Of a DNA stretch of 64,000 nucleotides, positions 36,501 to 48,152 are shown one piece after another; position 1 is the first letter of the stretch; each line of letters starts with the position of its first letter. The DNA is taken from positions 1 through 64,000 of the forward strand of contig MU005986.1 in assembly GCA_010093745.1 (NCBI GenBank), in the 5' to 3' direction. This DNA comes from Piedraia hortae CBS 480.64. Taxonomy: Eukaryota. The translations under genes and the position numbers were made by a program. Under the pieces are notes generated by a model that saw only the letters and a list, made by a program, of their open reading frames with translations, searched no databases and had not been told where the DNA came from.

Positions 36501-37323
36501 CCAAATCACCCAGGACGCTGGGCTTAACTAGGTTTAGACGTATTGACCTTGTGTGCAAGTCTCTACAGTAGCCGACTTGTTAAGTCGTGGCCGCAAACAC
36601 GCGTCTTAAGCAGTCAGCGCGAACGAAAGGAGACGTGTTTGGCACCGCCATGGAGCTTAATTCATATGTAAACAGTGTGCAAACTGGCTCCATACGTGAA
36701 GGTTTTGAGGTAGACTGGCTGCACTCACAAAGCATGCCTAGCGCGCATAATCATACCGTCACCGTGCCATAACAGTCATCCCTAGTGGATAGTTCCCCAA
36801 CGCAGAAACAGTACGCACCAGGCGGACATTGTTCATGACAAATTTCCCGCAATACTTCCATCACAGAGGAGAACGTTTGTGACTAGAAAATACCAGTTGT
36901 TCTTCACGCAATAACTGAGTTGCATAAGTGCCCGTGATGGGTTATGATCTTGTTCAATTGCCGACACGCCAAGCCTGGTCTAACTCGGGTCGAGCTGTGC
37001 CAAAAACTTATGTCATAAGCTCAGAAAATTTTCCAAGACATAGGAGAAGCAAGGCACGCGAGAACAACTTGGGAATTACAAGGGAGTAATGCAGGAGTAA
37101 CGCGGGCCGCTAGCGCCGCGCACGCCGCTATAGGAAAATTTTTAAACGACGAGACACCCTACCTTACCGCCACGCAGTTAGCTCTGCTGCACGCAGTAAG
37201 CTCTGGCGTGACTTGAATTGTACTTCTCCCACATCTGTCGCATCACGCTGTCGTTGTTTCGGTGCGTCGTAGTGCACGCCGCACTAGATAATTCTCTAGG
37301 GCCTACGAGCAACGCCAGTCGCA

Positions 37324-38393
37324 ATGTACAATTTGTTCATGGCCCAACCTGCCAATGTGCAGCGCGGGGACTATGGCCAGCTCCTGAACTCTCAAGCACA
37401 TAGTGGTGCGATGGAAAATCCTACTGCCACATCTGGGATTCCGCCAACGCAGACGGCTACTTACAACATACAGCAGCCCAATGGCTTTTCCAACGCTGTC
37501 ACGCCCGCCACTTGGGCTAGACTTTCTGCTACATACAATGGCCGGATTCCCGATGGCGTTACCAACACTGTCACACCCGTCGCTGAGAGACTCCCTGCTA
37601 CATACAATGGACGGATGCTTAACAGCGTTGCCAAAGCTGGTACATCGGCCACTTACACCATGCAGATGCGCAACAGCATTGCTAACGCTGCCATGCCGTT
37701 CAAATACCCTGTACAATGGCGTAGTAACTTTGTCAACGCTGTTGCGCCGGCCAGACCGGCTACAACTCCCGCGACGGTGCCGGACCCACGCTACCTGATT
37801 CCGACGGTACAGTGAGTGTCTTTCCATTTCATCATTGACCACCGTTTGCTGACCTCTGAAGGAACGTTATATCGGTTGTCACTTTCGACTGTCAGCTTGA
37901 CCTGGAAACCATTGCGAGCAAAGCTCCCAACTGTAAGTACGATCCCGATCGTTTTCCCGCCGTGGTTATGCGCACTCGCGATCCCAGTACCGCGGCCACG
38001 ATCTTCGAATCAGGTAAGGTCGTCGTTACAGGCGCAAGGTCTGAACGCGACAGCAGGGTTGCTGCGCGCAAGTACATGGGTATCATCCAGGAGGTCGGAT
38101 TCCGCGCCAAGTTCAAGAACATCGGGATTCATGATATTGTCCTCTTGTACAACGTCGGGTTTCCGGTTTACCTGGAAGGTATTGCAAGCACCCACCACAT
38201 GTTCAGCTCGTATGAGCCAGAGCTTTTCCCTGGATTGGTCTACAACTTGCTGCTGCTAAAGGTTAGGCTCATCATTTTTGCGACAGGCAGGATTATGATT
38301 ACAGGCGCCAGGACGCGTGGGGCTGCCTACGAGGCTTTCAATCTCTTCTACCCAGTCTTGTTGGAGTTTCGCAGGGCTCGGGGACGTGGTTAG
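37324..38393 (+). CDS. Divergent TATA-binding protein paralog (TBP-related factor) with repeat-rich N-terminal extension; intron 37812-37861
   Basis: Splicing CA|gtgagt...ctgac..gaag|G gives IPTVQNVISVVTFDCQLDLETIASKAPNCKYDPDRFPAVVMRTRDPSTAATIFESGKVVVTGARSE...SYEPELFPGLVY...IIFATGRIMITGA...YPVLLEFR, a complete two-repeat TBP core with no stops or frameshifts. Confidence 0.88.
37457..37700 (+). repeat. Degenerate coding tandem repeat, about 4 units of roughly 50-72 nt
   Basis: Units begin gc(t/c)ac(t/a)taca and encode ATYNIQQPNGFSNAVTP / ATYNGRIPDGVTNTVTP / ATYNGRMLNSVAKA / ATYTMQMRNSIANA. Confidence 0.75.
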
Positions 38394-40617
38394 AGGTGAA
38401 ATACTAATGTTCGAAGCGGGGTGGTTCACGCACGACGAGGCGTTTGGGAACCTAGCGTAGGGTAATGTCATGAGGCAGACTACACTTTGTTGTGCTTGTG
38501 TTCATGTTTGTTTGTACGGGAGTCGTGACACCAGGGCAACTGTTCTGCTTGTTTTGGCCCTGAGAAACTCGTTGAATGCTCGAATATACACTATTTATTG
38601 ACCTTGAAAGAAGCCTTCTAATTAGTGGCTCTGTTGCCACGTCAGTAAATTCAAATCAGTGGGAGAAAACTTGTGATAATATGTGCCCGCTCTCCGTATA
38701 CCTCTTTTCTTTCTACAAACATGTCTGCTAACCGGCCATACCCGTCTCGAAAAAAGTAGCGAGGTCAGACGTCGAGGTTGGAGAGGCTAAGTTTTGGGGA
38801 ATATTCACATTCATCATTGCTTGAGATGCTTCCCAGGAGGGAAGGCTTGCATTATATCTCCCTATCGTGTCTGAATGATTAGATTAATGTGAAGGGAAGC
38901 ACTGAGGATGTGCACGGACCCAGGTTCGAGCAAGATATTGTCTCGTATGGAAGCTCATGAGCTCCTGCACAGAAGTGCCTTATCTGTATAGCGCGCGCGT
39001 AACGCGTACGCGTGCGCCTGGTGAAACACACCCACGGAATAGCGATCGGATGAAAGGGTTAGCCCGTAACAATCATAATACCATCGTTGGCTCCCAAATA
39101 TTTTAACTTAACACTTTGTCGCAGTATGGTCCCACTCTCTTTACCATGTCGAGTAAGTCTGCCAAATGGAACAAGACAGATGATACGCGTTCGTTGCTTT
39201 GCAGTTTCCATTGCGTGATCAGAAGACGATATCGTAGTGGACCCAGCTTTCACGTGATATGTTACCCCACTTGTGGTGGAGCATAAAACTTTCTGTAAAG
39301 AATATATTCTGGAGTGCTAGTACACAAATATTTTTGCAGATTACATAACATTTGAATCAGTGTACACAAAAACGTTTACAAAATGCTCAAAATTTTCAGC
39401 TTAATTACAAGTTTTAGGACGAGATATGACTTTAAGATTTGATTACGTTATATAGGACCAATTCGTCAGAACCTAGGTGAAGGGCATCTTGCTCTGACCC
39501 GAACTTGAACCTTATTTCATCGATTCGATGTATGCGCCACAGAAGTGCACTGACTTGGTGGTGACATCTCCGCTTAACGCGAGCACATGGGCCCACGTAT
39601 CCGTACGAGAGTGAGGGAAGTGAAGATGGAACCACCAACATGCACGGGGACCGTAACAGCGTGGATCACTCATGGAATCTCAACCCAACAATCGGTTCAC
39701 GTGCCTGCAGAGGAAACCCCACGCTCTAGTAAGTCCTGTCACACCCATAGACTGCGCACAGCGTGGTCCGTTTTTCTCGCCATGCTGGACCAGTAGAATA
39801 GAGACGTGTCAGTAAAGAGGAAGACAAAAGGAGGTCAGCCAGTGATCCCCTTAATTCCCCACTCATCTTGCTCAAACACACACCATCTGTACCTATTCAT
39901 CCAGTATGCATTAGCTGTTCCTGTTTCTTGTTGGATTCATAAATCGCCGCTAGCGCGTATGCGGGGCGCTTGCATAGCAAGTCAGCGATACCTCCCACAC
40001 TACCAACTGCACCCTAGGTTTTCCCCTCGCAGAGGTTTTCCCTTAGGGCCATGACATATGTGACATAGCGAGTGCGCCCTGCTAGCGTATGACGTGATGT
40101 CACCGGTTCACCGGTACAGAACATTTATTCTGACGTGCCCTCGTAGGGATACATAGTCATTTACACTGTCACATCGACACTGGTATTGACTCCTACCCAT
40201 CTGCGTCTTTCCTATCCCTGTCGTTGATCTCCGTCTATCGCTACGTCCTCCTAGTCCGGGCCGCTGCACACTCCCATCCACGAGAATACTATTGCTACAT
40301 TTGTCACATTCACAGTGAGCATAGAAAAAAAAGCGTAACTTTTTCTTTTCCCATTAAAGTTCCTCTTAGACTTTAACGGGCAGTGGGATATCGCCTCAGT
40401 TTGGAAAGGGCCATCTCTATGCAGTCAACGCACACGGGGTTATGGTGACATAATCTTCTTTTTGATCAACAGAGGTTCGCACACTAACTCTTTCTCGACT
40501 GGGGACAATTCAGACTGGGTTTCTCGAATCAAAATCTTCAAGCCGCTAGCCAGGACATGAGAAGGAAAGAGAATGTTGAGGAAGATATTGATACAGAGGT
40601 TGCTTTGCACTGTTCTC

Positions 40618-42204
40618 CTACCCAAACACGTTAACAATGCCTTCAGTAGAAAGTGCTATTAGGCTCTCAGCTTTACTCCCCCACTTTGCATCGACGGATA
40701 AAAAGTCGTTGCGGAGCGGTTCAGACCACTTTTTTAAGCTTTTATTGTACTGGATAACGACGATTCCTGCTGGGCCAGAGACAAGAAGAAACTGGCCTGT
40801 GTAGTCCCAAGAGATGGTATTGATTTCGAAACCGGCATCGAGGGATTTGAGTGTAGAGAGTTTCCGCAGGTCCCATATGGTGATAAGCGCTTGTCCCGAA
40901 ACGGCTGACGCGAGCCACGTGCCGTTTTCTGAAAAGGAAAGGGAGGCAATAGGCGCCGGCGTGGAGGCGGGGAAGGTGTGCGCGAGCTGGGCAGTCTTGA
41001 CGTCGTATAATTTGATCGAACCGCTCGCGGTCCCGACAGCGATGAGGTGGCCATCCGGGTGAAATGCCACAGTGGTGAGAATCTCCCCGCAAAAGGTTTG
41101 CGTGAGTGTTTTCGAGTCGTGGATATTGTATAGGACGTAGGACTGGTCAGCACCGATTGATGCGACGATTTCTCCCCCAGGATGCGTGGCAACTGCAACT
41201 GCTGGGCCCGCATGTTGATGGAGCTTGGCCTGAACAGCTCCATCCTGCGTGACGACGATGGCTCCGCTCTCGGTTGCCACCACTGCCTTATTGTGGGCCC
41301 AGGTACCGTCAAGAACGGCGCCTGAACCGAGACTACAGCGCGTGGTAAAAGTCTGGGCAGGTAAGTCATAGACTCCTATGGTACCATCTGAGTCTCCGCA
41401 CAGGAACTTTCGAAAAATTAGCCTAGCACAGTATTGGTTGTAGATGCACATACAAAGTCACCAGTGTGGTGGGCCGCCAGAAATTTGGCGCCAGTAAACT
41501 GTGAGTCTGCCGTGGACTTGACTTGATAATGTTGAATCTTATTGCCGGTTGCCCAATCATTTGGAACCGGTCGTTTGCGCCTGGTTGATGAAAGTTTCTG
41601 CTGAACCTCATCGATGTGGGAGAGAACAGCTGGTGCAAGTCCTTGGCCGTCCAATTGCATCGGCTCCCCATCGGCCTCTGCTCCAACAGCGGCGGGAGTA
41701 AGCGAGACCCTAGCCAGTGCATCTCGAGCCTCGTCCCTTTCCTTTTGCAAACGCGCAATTACCCTTTGAGCTGCATCATTATAATACAACGCCGTCGACA
41801 GCTCTTGCCTGGCCTGAGCCAACTGTTGCTTCAATTGAAAGGCTTCAAGTGTTGCAGCATCCCACTCGTTTTGGAAGGTCGAAAGTAATGCGGGAATGGA
41901 GGTCAATTGCGGAGGTCGTGGGTGCACCAGACGTGATTGTTTCAGATCAAGCAAGTCGTTGACGCTCAATTCTTCTCCGTTAACCGGGTCAGTCCCGTTC
42001 TCGGCGATGTAAGCCTCTATCAATCGGCGCTCAAAGACATTGCCTACACCTACCGTAAGTCCGGGATTGGGTACGTATAGAAGATTACGACTAACCGCTT
42101 TTGCGACTCGCAACTGGATGTTCGGGTGTTTCGCCGGATACTGCAGCGCCGGTTAGCGATCTCCATTTTGTTCTGAGCCCAGCACACGTACTTGCGCACA
42201 GCAT
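40618..42204 (-). CDS. PRP19: Pre-mRNA processing factor 19 (U-box, coiled coil, WD40); introns 42191-42141, 42095-42044, 41453-41407
   Basis: Spliced [71 protein letters not shown] and WD repeats (FHPDGHL, FSENGTWLAS, WDYTGQFL). Confidence 0.93.
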
Positions 42205-42482
42205 TATTTTGGCAAGATTGGGTTGCGACTTTGACGTGTAGTTGACGCGCCGAACGTATGTATGCCTCAGGCAATAGAGTGTGGCAACCTCAGGCAGAAC
42301 ATACAAGACCTCAGGTTGCCTTAGGCACTCACAAGCTTCACATGTGGCCGGGCAAGATCGGGAGAGTGCCCCTCCACCGGAATAGGGTGGGGACCGAGTA
42401 GGAGGAGGGGTGTGGCAGCCGACAGGAGAAAACCTTTTTACGAACACTCCACCTTTCAAGTACCATCTGAACATTCCTGACC

Positions 42483-43721
42483 ATGGCACCGTAAGTTCCT
42501 GTTCGATTCGAATAAGACGTTAATCCTGATCACAACGCAGTAATCTCAAAGTCAAGGCTGGCGTCATCTATGGGTAAGTTCAACAGAATGACGAGAAGAC
42601 GGCGAGAAGACAAAGTTGACTATGATCAGCGATGACGTTCTTTCACTGTTCAAATACGCTCACGAGAATCAATTCGCCATTCCGGCCATCAATGTAACCA
42701 GCTCGTCCACGGTCGTTGCCGCCCTGGAGGCGGCCCAAAAGGCCAATGCCCCGTTGATTCTGCAGGTTTCTCAGGGCGGGGCAGCCTACTTTTGCGGCAA
42801 GGGCATCGACAACAAGAACCAGGAAGCATCGATTGCTGGTGCCGTAGCTGCGGCCCACTACATCCGTGCCGTGGCACCTTCGTACGGCATCCCCGTGGTG
42901 CTCCACACGGATCACTGCGCCAAGAAGCTGCTGCCCTGGTTGGACGGCATGCTGGACGCCGACGAGAAGTGGTTCAAGGAGAAGGGCGAGCCCCTTTTCT
43001 CGTCGCACATGATTGACCTGTCGGAGGAGGAGGTCAAGTACAATATTGAGACGACGGCGAAGTACCTCAAGCGAGCGGCTCCGATGAAGCAGTGGCTTGA
43101 GATGGAAATCGGCATCACGGGTGGCGAGGAGGACGGAGTGAACAACGAATCCGTCGACAACAACAGCCTCTACACCCAGCCAGAGGATATATATGAAATT
43201 TACAAGACGCTGAGCCCAATCAGCCCTTACTTCTCCATCGCTGCCGGCTTTGGCAACGTGCACGGCGTCTACAAGCCCGGCAACGTCCGCCTCCACCCGG
43301 AGCTGCTGAGCAAGCACCAGGCCTACGTAAAGGACAAGGCTGGCCTTAAGGAGGACAAGCCTGTTTTCCTCGTCTTCCACGGTGGCTCCGGCTCCACCAA
43401 GAAGGAGTACCAAGACGCAATTTCATACGGCGTTGTCAAGGTTAATCTTGACACCGATCTCCAATACGCCTACACTGAGGGCATCCGTGACTACATGCTC
43501 AACAAGCGTGAATACGTCAACAGCCAGGTCGGAAACCCGGAGGGCGCCGATAAGCCCAACAAGAAGTGCGTCAAGTTTTCTCTTCCTCAAAGAAGTATGC
43601 TGACTCATGATTTTACAGATACTACGATCCTCGTGTGTGGGTGCGTGAGGGTGAAAAGACCATGACAAAACGCGTTGAGGAGGCCCTCAAAGACTTCAAC
43701 GCTGCCGGCAAGCTGTCGTAA
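42483..43721 (+). CDS. FBA1: Class II fructose-bisphosphate aldolase; introns 42491-42540, 42574-42629, 43566-43618
   Basis: Motifs FAIPAINVTSSS, VLHTDHCAKKLLPWLDG, EIGITGGEEDGV, FGNVHGVYKPG, VFHGGSGS and KVNLDTD; last exon YYDPRVWVREGEKTM. Confidence 0.97.
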
Positions 43722-43942
43722 GTAATCTGGCACATGGCCTACCATCTGTACATATGAGGATGCATCATCCTCTCAGTACATAGCAGAATCAAGTGGACAA
43801 AGCAAACGAGGCCGCGTAAACAATCGATTCACAATTATTAAGGCCACTTGGCCAACGTAGGGGTGGTATAATGCAAAACAAACACACGACCCAGACCTCT
43901 TCTCCAACTGCTCCAGCTAGGGTATCATTCACAACTTATCCT

Positions 43943-46900
43943 TTAGACCTTGCCTTGAAGCACCGGGTTGTTCACCCCCAGTACTGTACCCTGGTTTGCG
44001 CTGCCAGTCGCAGTCTCGGCAGTCTGCGCTGCGTTGGTGGCGGTACCCGCAGTGTTTGAACCGCCGAGTCCAATGGCGTTGGCTACTGTGCTGGCAAAAC
44101 CACGGCTGCCAGACTCGGCAGGAACGGCGGTGTTAGCACCAGTTCCCATAGCGGCTGTGTTTCCAGTGTTGGAGCCTCCAAGGCCAACGGCATTGGCCAC
44201 GGTAGAGGCAATTCCGCCCTGCTGGCCTGTGGCCCCGGGAGCCCGACCCGTAGTAGCCTGTGTTCCGTCGTAGCCAGTAGCACCAGATGATTGAGGCTGG
44301 GCGTATCCAGTACCAGTAGTCGGGGTGTTTTTATATGCCTCGTTTGTAGGAGCCTGGGCATTAGAGTATCCAGCGCTTGGGGTGCTGCCATAGTTGGAGG
44401 CACCGTATCCGGCACCAGACCCCATGGCGCCCGCACCCGTCAAACCAAGATCCTGCGACTTGTCGCTCTGGAAGGCGGTGCCAACCTGATTCGAGAATGC
44501 ATTTGGGTCGCCGTAAGAGTGTCCACCCACGGCACCAGCTGCCGCACCAGCTGCCGCACCTCCAGCCAAAGCACCACCACCAAGTCGCTTGCGAGTTGGC
44601 TGACCGATAGCGGGCAAATTCGTCGTCTCCTGAGCAGAGCCAATGCTGAAAACGGGCGATTCCCAGCGATCACCCTTGTGGGCCAATTCCTGGAACTCAG
44701 TAGCCTTGGTAGAGATGCCTCCGGGTAGCAGAATGTGCTTGAACATGGAGTCGTTCTGCGTCATGGCAACCTTGACCTGCTTGTCAGCAGTAGCCTCGGT
44801 CTTCTTCTTCTCGCCTTTTTGCACCTGCTTCTGGAACGCGGTCAAGTAGCGCTGATACATGCTCTGGGCCTTCTCCGGGTCAGGGTTGGCCTTGAACTCC
44901 TGCTGGGCACGGTCCGCCTCCTGCTTGATACTCCAGGCCATGGCATCAAGCTTGTTCACGTAATCGCGAATCTGCTTCTCAGCTACCTTTTGCAGAATAG
45001 GACGCATAACCTTGAGCAACAGAGGCTTAACCAGGGCAAAGAGTAGCTTGTGGTTCGACTGCTTGAGCTTGATATTCATGTGGCGAACGTCGACCGTCAC
45101 GTTGTTGATCTTGAAAAAGTGCTGACGGTCGAGCTTGTCAGCCGTCTCCATGGCCACCTTGAAGCTCAGACCGGTGCCGCCAAGGAAGATATCCATGACG
45201 CCTTTATCCGTGATGCCAGGGAAGCCTTCTTTCCTCTTGATGTAGTAGGCAATGTCACGCATGTCCATCTGGATGCCCGACACCGACAGCATGACCTTGT
45301 TCTTGTTGTGATTCTGGTTGCCGCGGCGGCCCCAACGCCAAAAGTTGTCGCTGCCGAACTCGGCCACATTGGGAGCCAAGTTGTCGCCTTCAAGTACCAG
45401 GTTCTCCACCACAGCGTCAAACTGGCGGTCGCTGTATTCAATACGGGGGAGGGGCACGTAGCGAACTTGCTCAAAGAAGGCCGGAAGGAGGACTTCCGTG
45501 AGATCCTTGACCAAGTGGGACTTGAACGCCGGTTTACCGTTCTCATCCTTGCCAAGGTCATTGAAGAGCTTGTTCAGCGACTGAGCAAAAGCCTTATTCT
45601 GCGGGTCCTCGTCAAACTGACCGGCCATGAATTTCATCTCATCGACGACACGATCAGTGTGGGCCTTGTAGCGCTGACGAAGCAAAACGTTGCCGCGGTC
45701 GTAAAGACGGTTCCACTGCTCAGTTGAGTCGTCATTCAGAATATAGCCCTGTTCTTTGAGGCACTTGCGGATGAAGACATCCAAGTCGCGGAACCAGCCC
45801 TTAAGGTCAGGGTCACGGTCAGCAGCGCGATACACCTCATTGATACTCTCAATCAAATCGTCTGATGACGTATTGTTGGCAAAACGCTCCAACAGAGTCT
45901 GCATTCCAATTAGCAAGCCAATCTATATTGGCACACTTGGGCCACCAACCTTGAGATCAGCCTCAGCAGTCTTCAGCGTGTCCTGGCTATGTGCACCCTT
46001 AATGGCATTCTGACTCTGACTGGCCACGTTCCTGGCGTGTCCATGATAGTCCTTAGCCAGGCGCAAAATCGCGTCAACGGCTTGCAAATCTGGAACAGTC
46101 AGTCGATACTTCACCATGAACAGCATCAATTCAACTCACAATCCTCATGTCCCTGGATTTCCACAATCATCTTCTTTAAGCGAAATATTACCTGATCACG
46201 GCGCTCCTTGGGCATTTTGCCCTTGAAGTAGTTATCCGCACGCGCCCTGTACTCGCGCAGACGTTGCTTCCTCTCCTCAGACGTGTTGGATGAGGCCTTT
46301 GACTTCAAGTCTTCCGCACCGGCACGTAGACCGCCAACGGCGTCAACACCGCTGTAGGTGCCTTGCTGACGGTCCTGAGCAGCTTGCTCGGCCACGAGAG
46401 CAGGGTCACGATTGCCGGATGGGTCAGCAACCTGCGCCGCATTTCCGATTGAGTCCTGTACATCCTTCTTGCCAATAGGCAGGGTCGACTGAACACGATT
46501 GCGGAGAGTGTCGCGGGAAAGATCGGGCTTTTCGTGCCACGTATTGGATTCAGCGGGGGCATCAACCTGAGCAAGCTGTTCCTGCGTCGGGTTCACGCGA
46601 TTGGCCGCATTTGAGGCGGCATCTCCGGCCATTTCGCGCAACAGGATGACCGAATCGCTCACTGACTTCGTTAGCATCAAACGACAAGCTAGGCTATATC
46701 AACATACTCAGCTTGCGAAACTGGCCGTTGGTGATGAGAAGATTGCCTAGTACACGGAGTCCCTGGAGGGCCTGTTGGCCGTCTTGTTTGGCAGAATCTT
46801 TGCTAAGGGGGTTCTGGGGTCGCTGCGCATCGCCCTTGCCGATTCCCTGCGTTTGATAAATGAAATCTTGCAGAAGGTTGCCGCTGTTCTTGGTCAACAT

Positions 46901-47207
46901 GAGCATCTTGGCCTGCTCAATGACATTGCGCAAGTCCGCAACAAGAGCGTGGCCCTCTGGGGAGAGCTTCTGGGAAGGGTTGCGCATGTATTTCCAGTCG
47001 AGGGCCGAGTTCATGGCGACATCGATCTGTTTGTTCTACCGTACGTCAGTAAAGCGCTCCGCGTCATGATATGATATTGGCCAAACTTACCGATGGAACT
47101 TTGCCCAGCGAAAAGGCCTCAAAGATGCCATAGAGCTGGAGTTTAGAGTTGATGTCCTTCTCCTTAATGGCCTGGTTGACAGGAACGTTGACCGAAGCAG
47201 TTGCCAT
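43943..47207 (-). CDS. DUF4449/BPI-like fold conserved fungal protein (multi-exon) with Gly/Ala/Thr-rich tail
   Basis: Exon chain MATASVNVPVNQAIKEKDINSKLQLYGIFEAF / LSPEGHALVADLR / LLITNGQFRKL / RLKKMIVEIQGH / LLERFANNTS...VPLPRIEYSD; about five introns with GT..CTAAC/CTGAC..AG. Confidence 0.78.
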
Positions 47208-48152
47208 TATGCCGTATGAAAGGCTTATCGACTGACAAGAAACGGCTCGAAAGGCCGCGGGAACAAGGCGGGCGCAAAAATTGAAGAGACGGAGATATAG
47301 GAAGTGCGAAAGTCAAAGCCGGCGGGAGGATTAATAGCGGCTAATGTTGCGCGGGTAACGCGATGTGAGGGATGTGGGTTGTGGATCGTTGGGTGTGAGG
47401 AGAGGAAATGTGGCAAAGGAGAAGTGAGAAATTGAGAGTTTGGGGCCTTTTCTGTGGGGATGGGAAGGGGAGGCAGGGAAGGTGCGGGTTTGCTGCAAAA
47501 GTCGCGAGTGCCAACTTGGCCACGCGACCGCAAGCACGGACCATTACATCAGTCTCCATGACGACACGCCCCGTCTTGCGCGAGGCAATCACGGTGTCAA
47601 TCAGTCAGTCGCTTGACAGCTCCATCTGTGTGGCCTGTCACTCATCCGTCTCTAGCCTTCTCCAACGGTCATCCCTTGACTAAATCGCCAACGTCTGGAG
47701 CAGAGACTAGACGCCAGTTGACGTCACACGAGCCACATATTCCTCTCCATCCACGTCATTTGGCTTAACCCGGGGAAGTCTGGGCTCTCTGCTCTGACGA
47801 TCTGGTCAATTTTTTTTTCCCGTCAATTGCGAAAAGACTGTTTGCCCGCTGCTGATCATCCCCTTGATTTATGTTACAACGCCCCACAACCCTCTATCCC
47901 CTTAGCAGTTAGGCCATGTTCGACTCGGAATAAATGTTGGGACAGGACGATGCAAGAGCGGGACACTGCAGCCCACTAGGCGGCACACTTTTGGTTCGCA
48001 TTTCGGCTTGCCGGAAGCCGTTAACAAATTACGGGTGGTGATTAATTAGGCCTTGTTTCATCTTACTCTTACGTTTCTTCGCTCTCCACGGAATCTAGGT
48101 TAGTGGCTGTCTCGCAGCGTGAACTTTCGCCCTTCAAAAGGCCCCACAAAAA

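Noticed and set aside
38905..38935. B-box-like GGTTCGAGC (also GTTCGAACC near 17833) suggesting a tRNA or Pol III gene
   Set aside because: No A-box, acceptor stem or cloverleaf could be folded around either site.
40011..40048. ccctaggttttccc...aggttttcccttaggg, telomere-like or direct-repeat patch
   Set aside because: Only a single TTAGGG and a 10-nt direct repeat; too short to call.
1751..42204. Apparent clustering of spliceosome genes (MFAP1, PPIL2, SmD3, PRP19) and of TFIIIC with a TBP paralog
   Set aside because: They are interspersed with unrelated housekeeping genes in a gene-dense genome; no shared motif or operon-like evidence, so likely chance.
42643..43413. Long antisense ORFs opposite FBA1, the DUF4449 gene, NHA1, Scc3 and others
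   Set aside because: Shadow ORFs produced by strong codon bias or low-complexity sequence in the real genes on the other strand.
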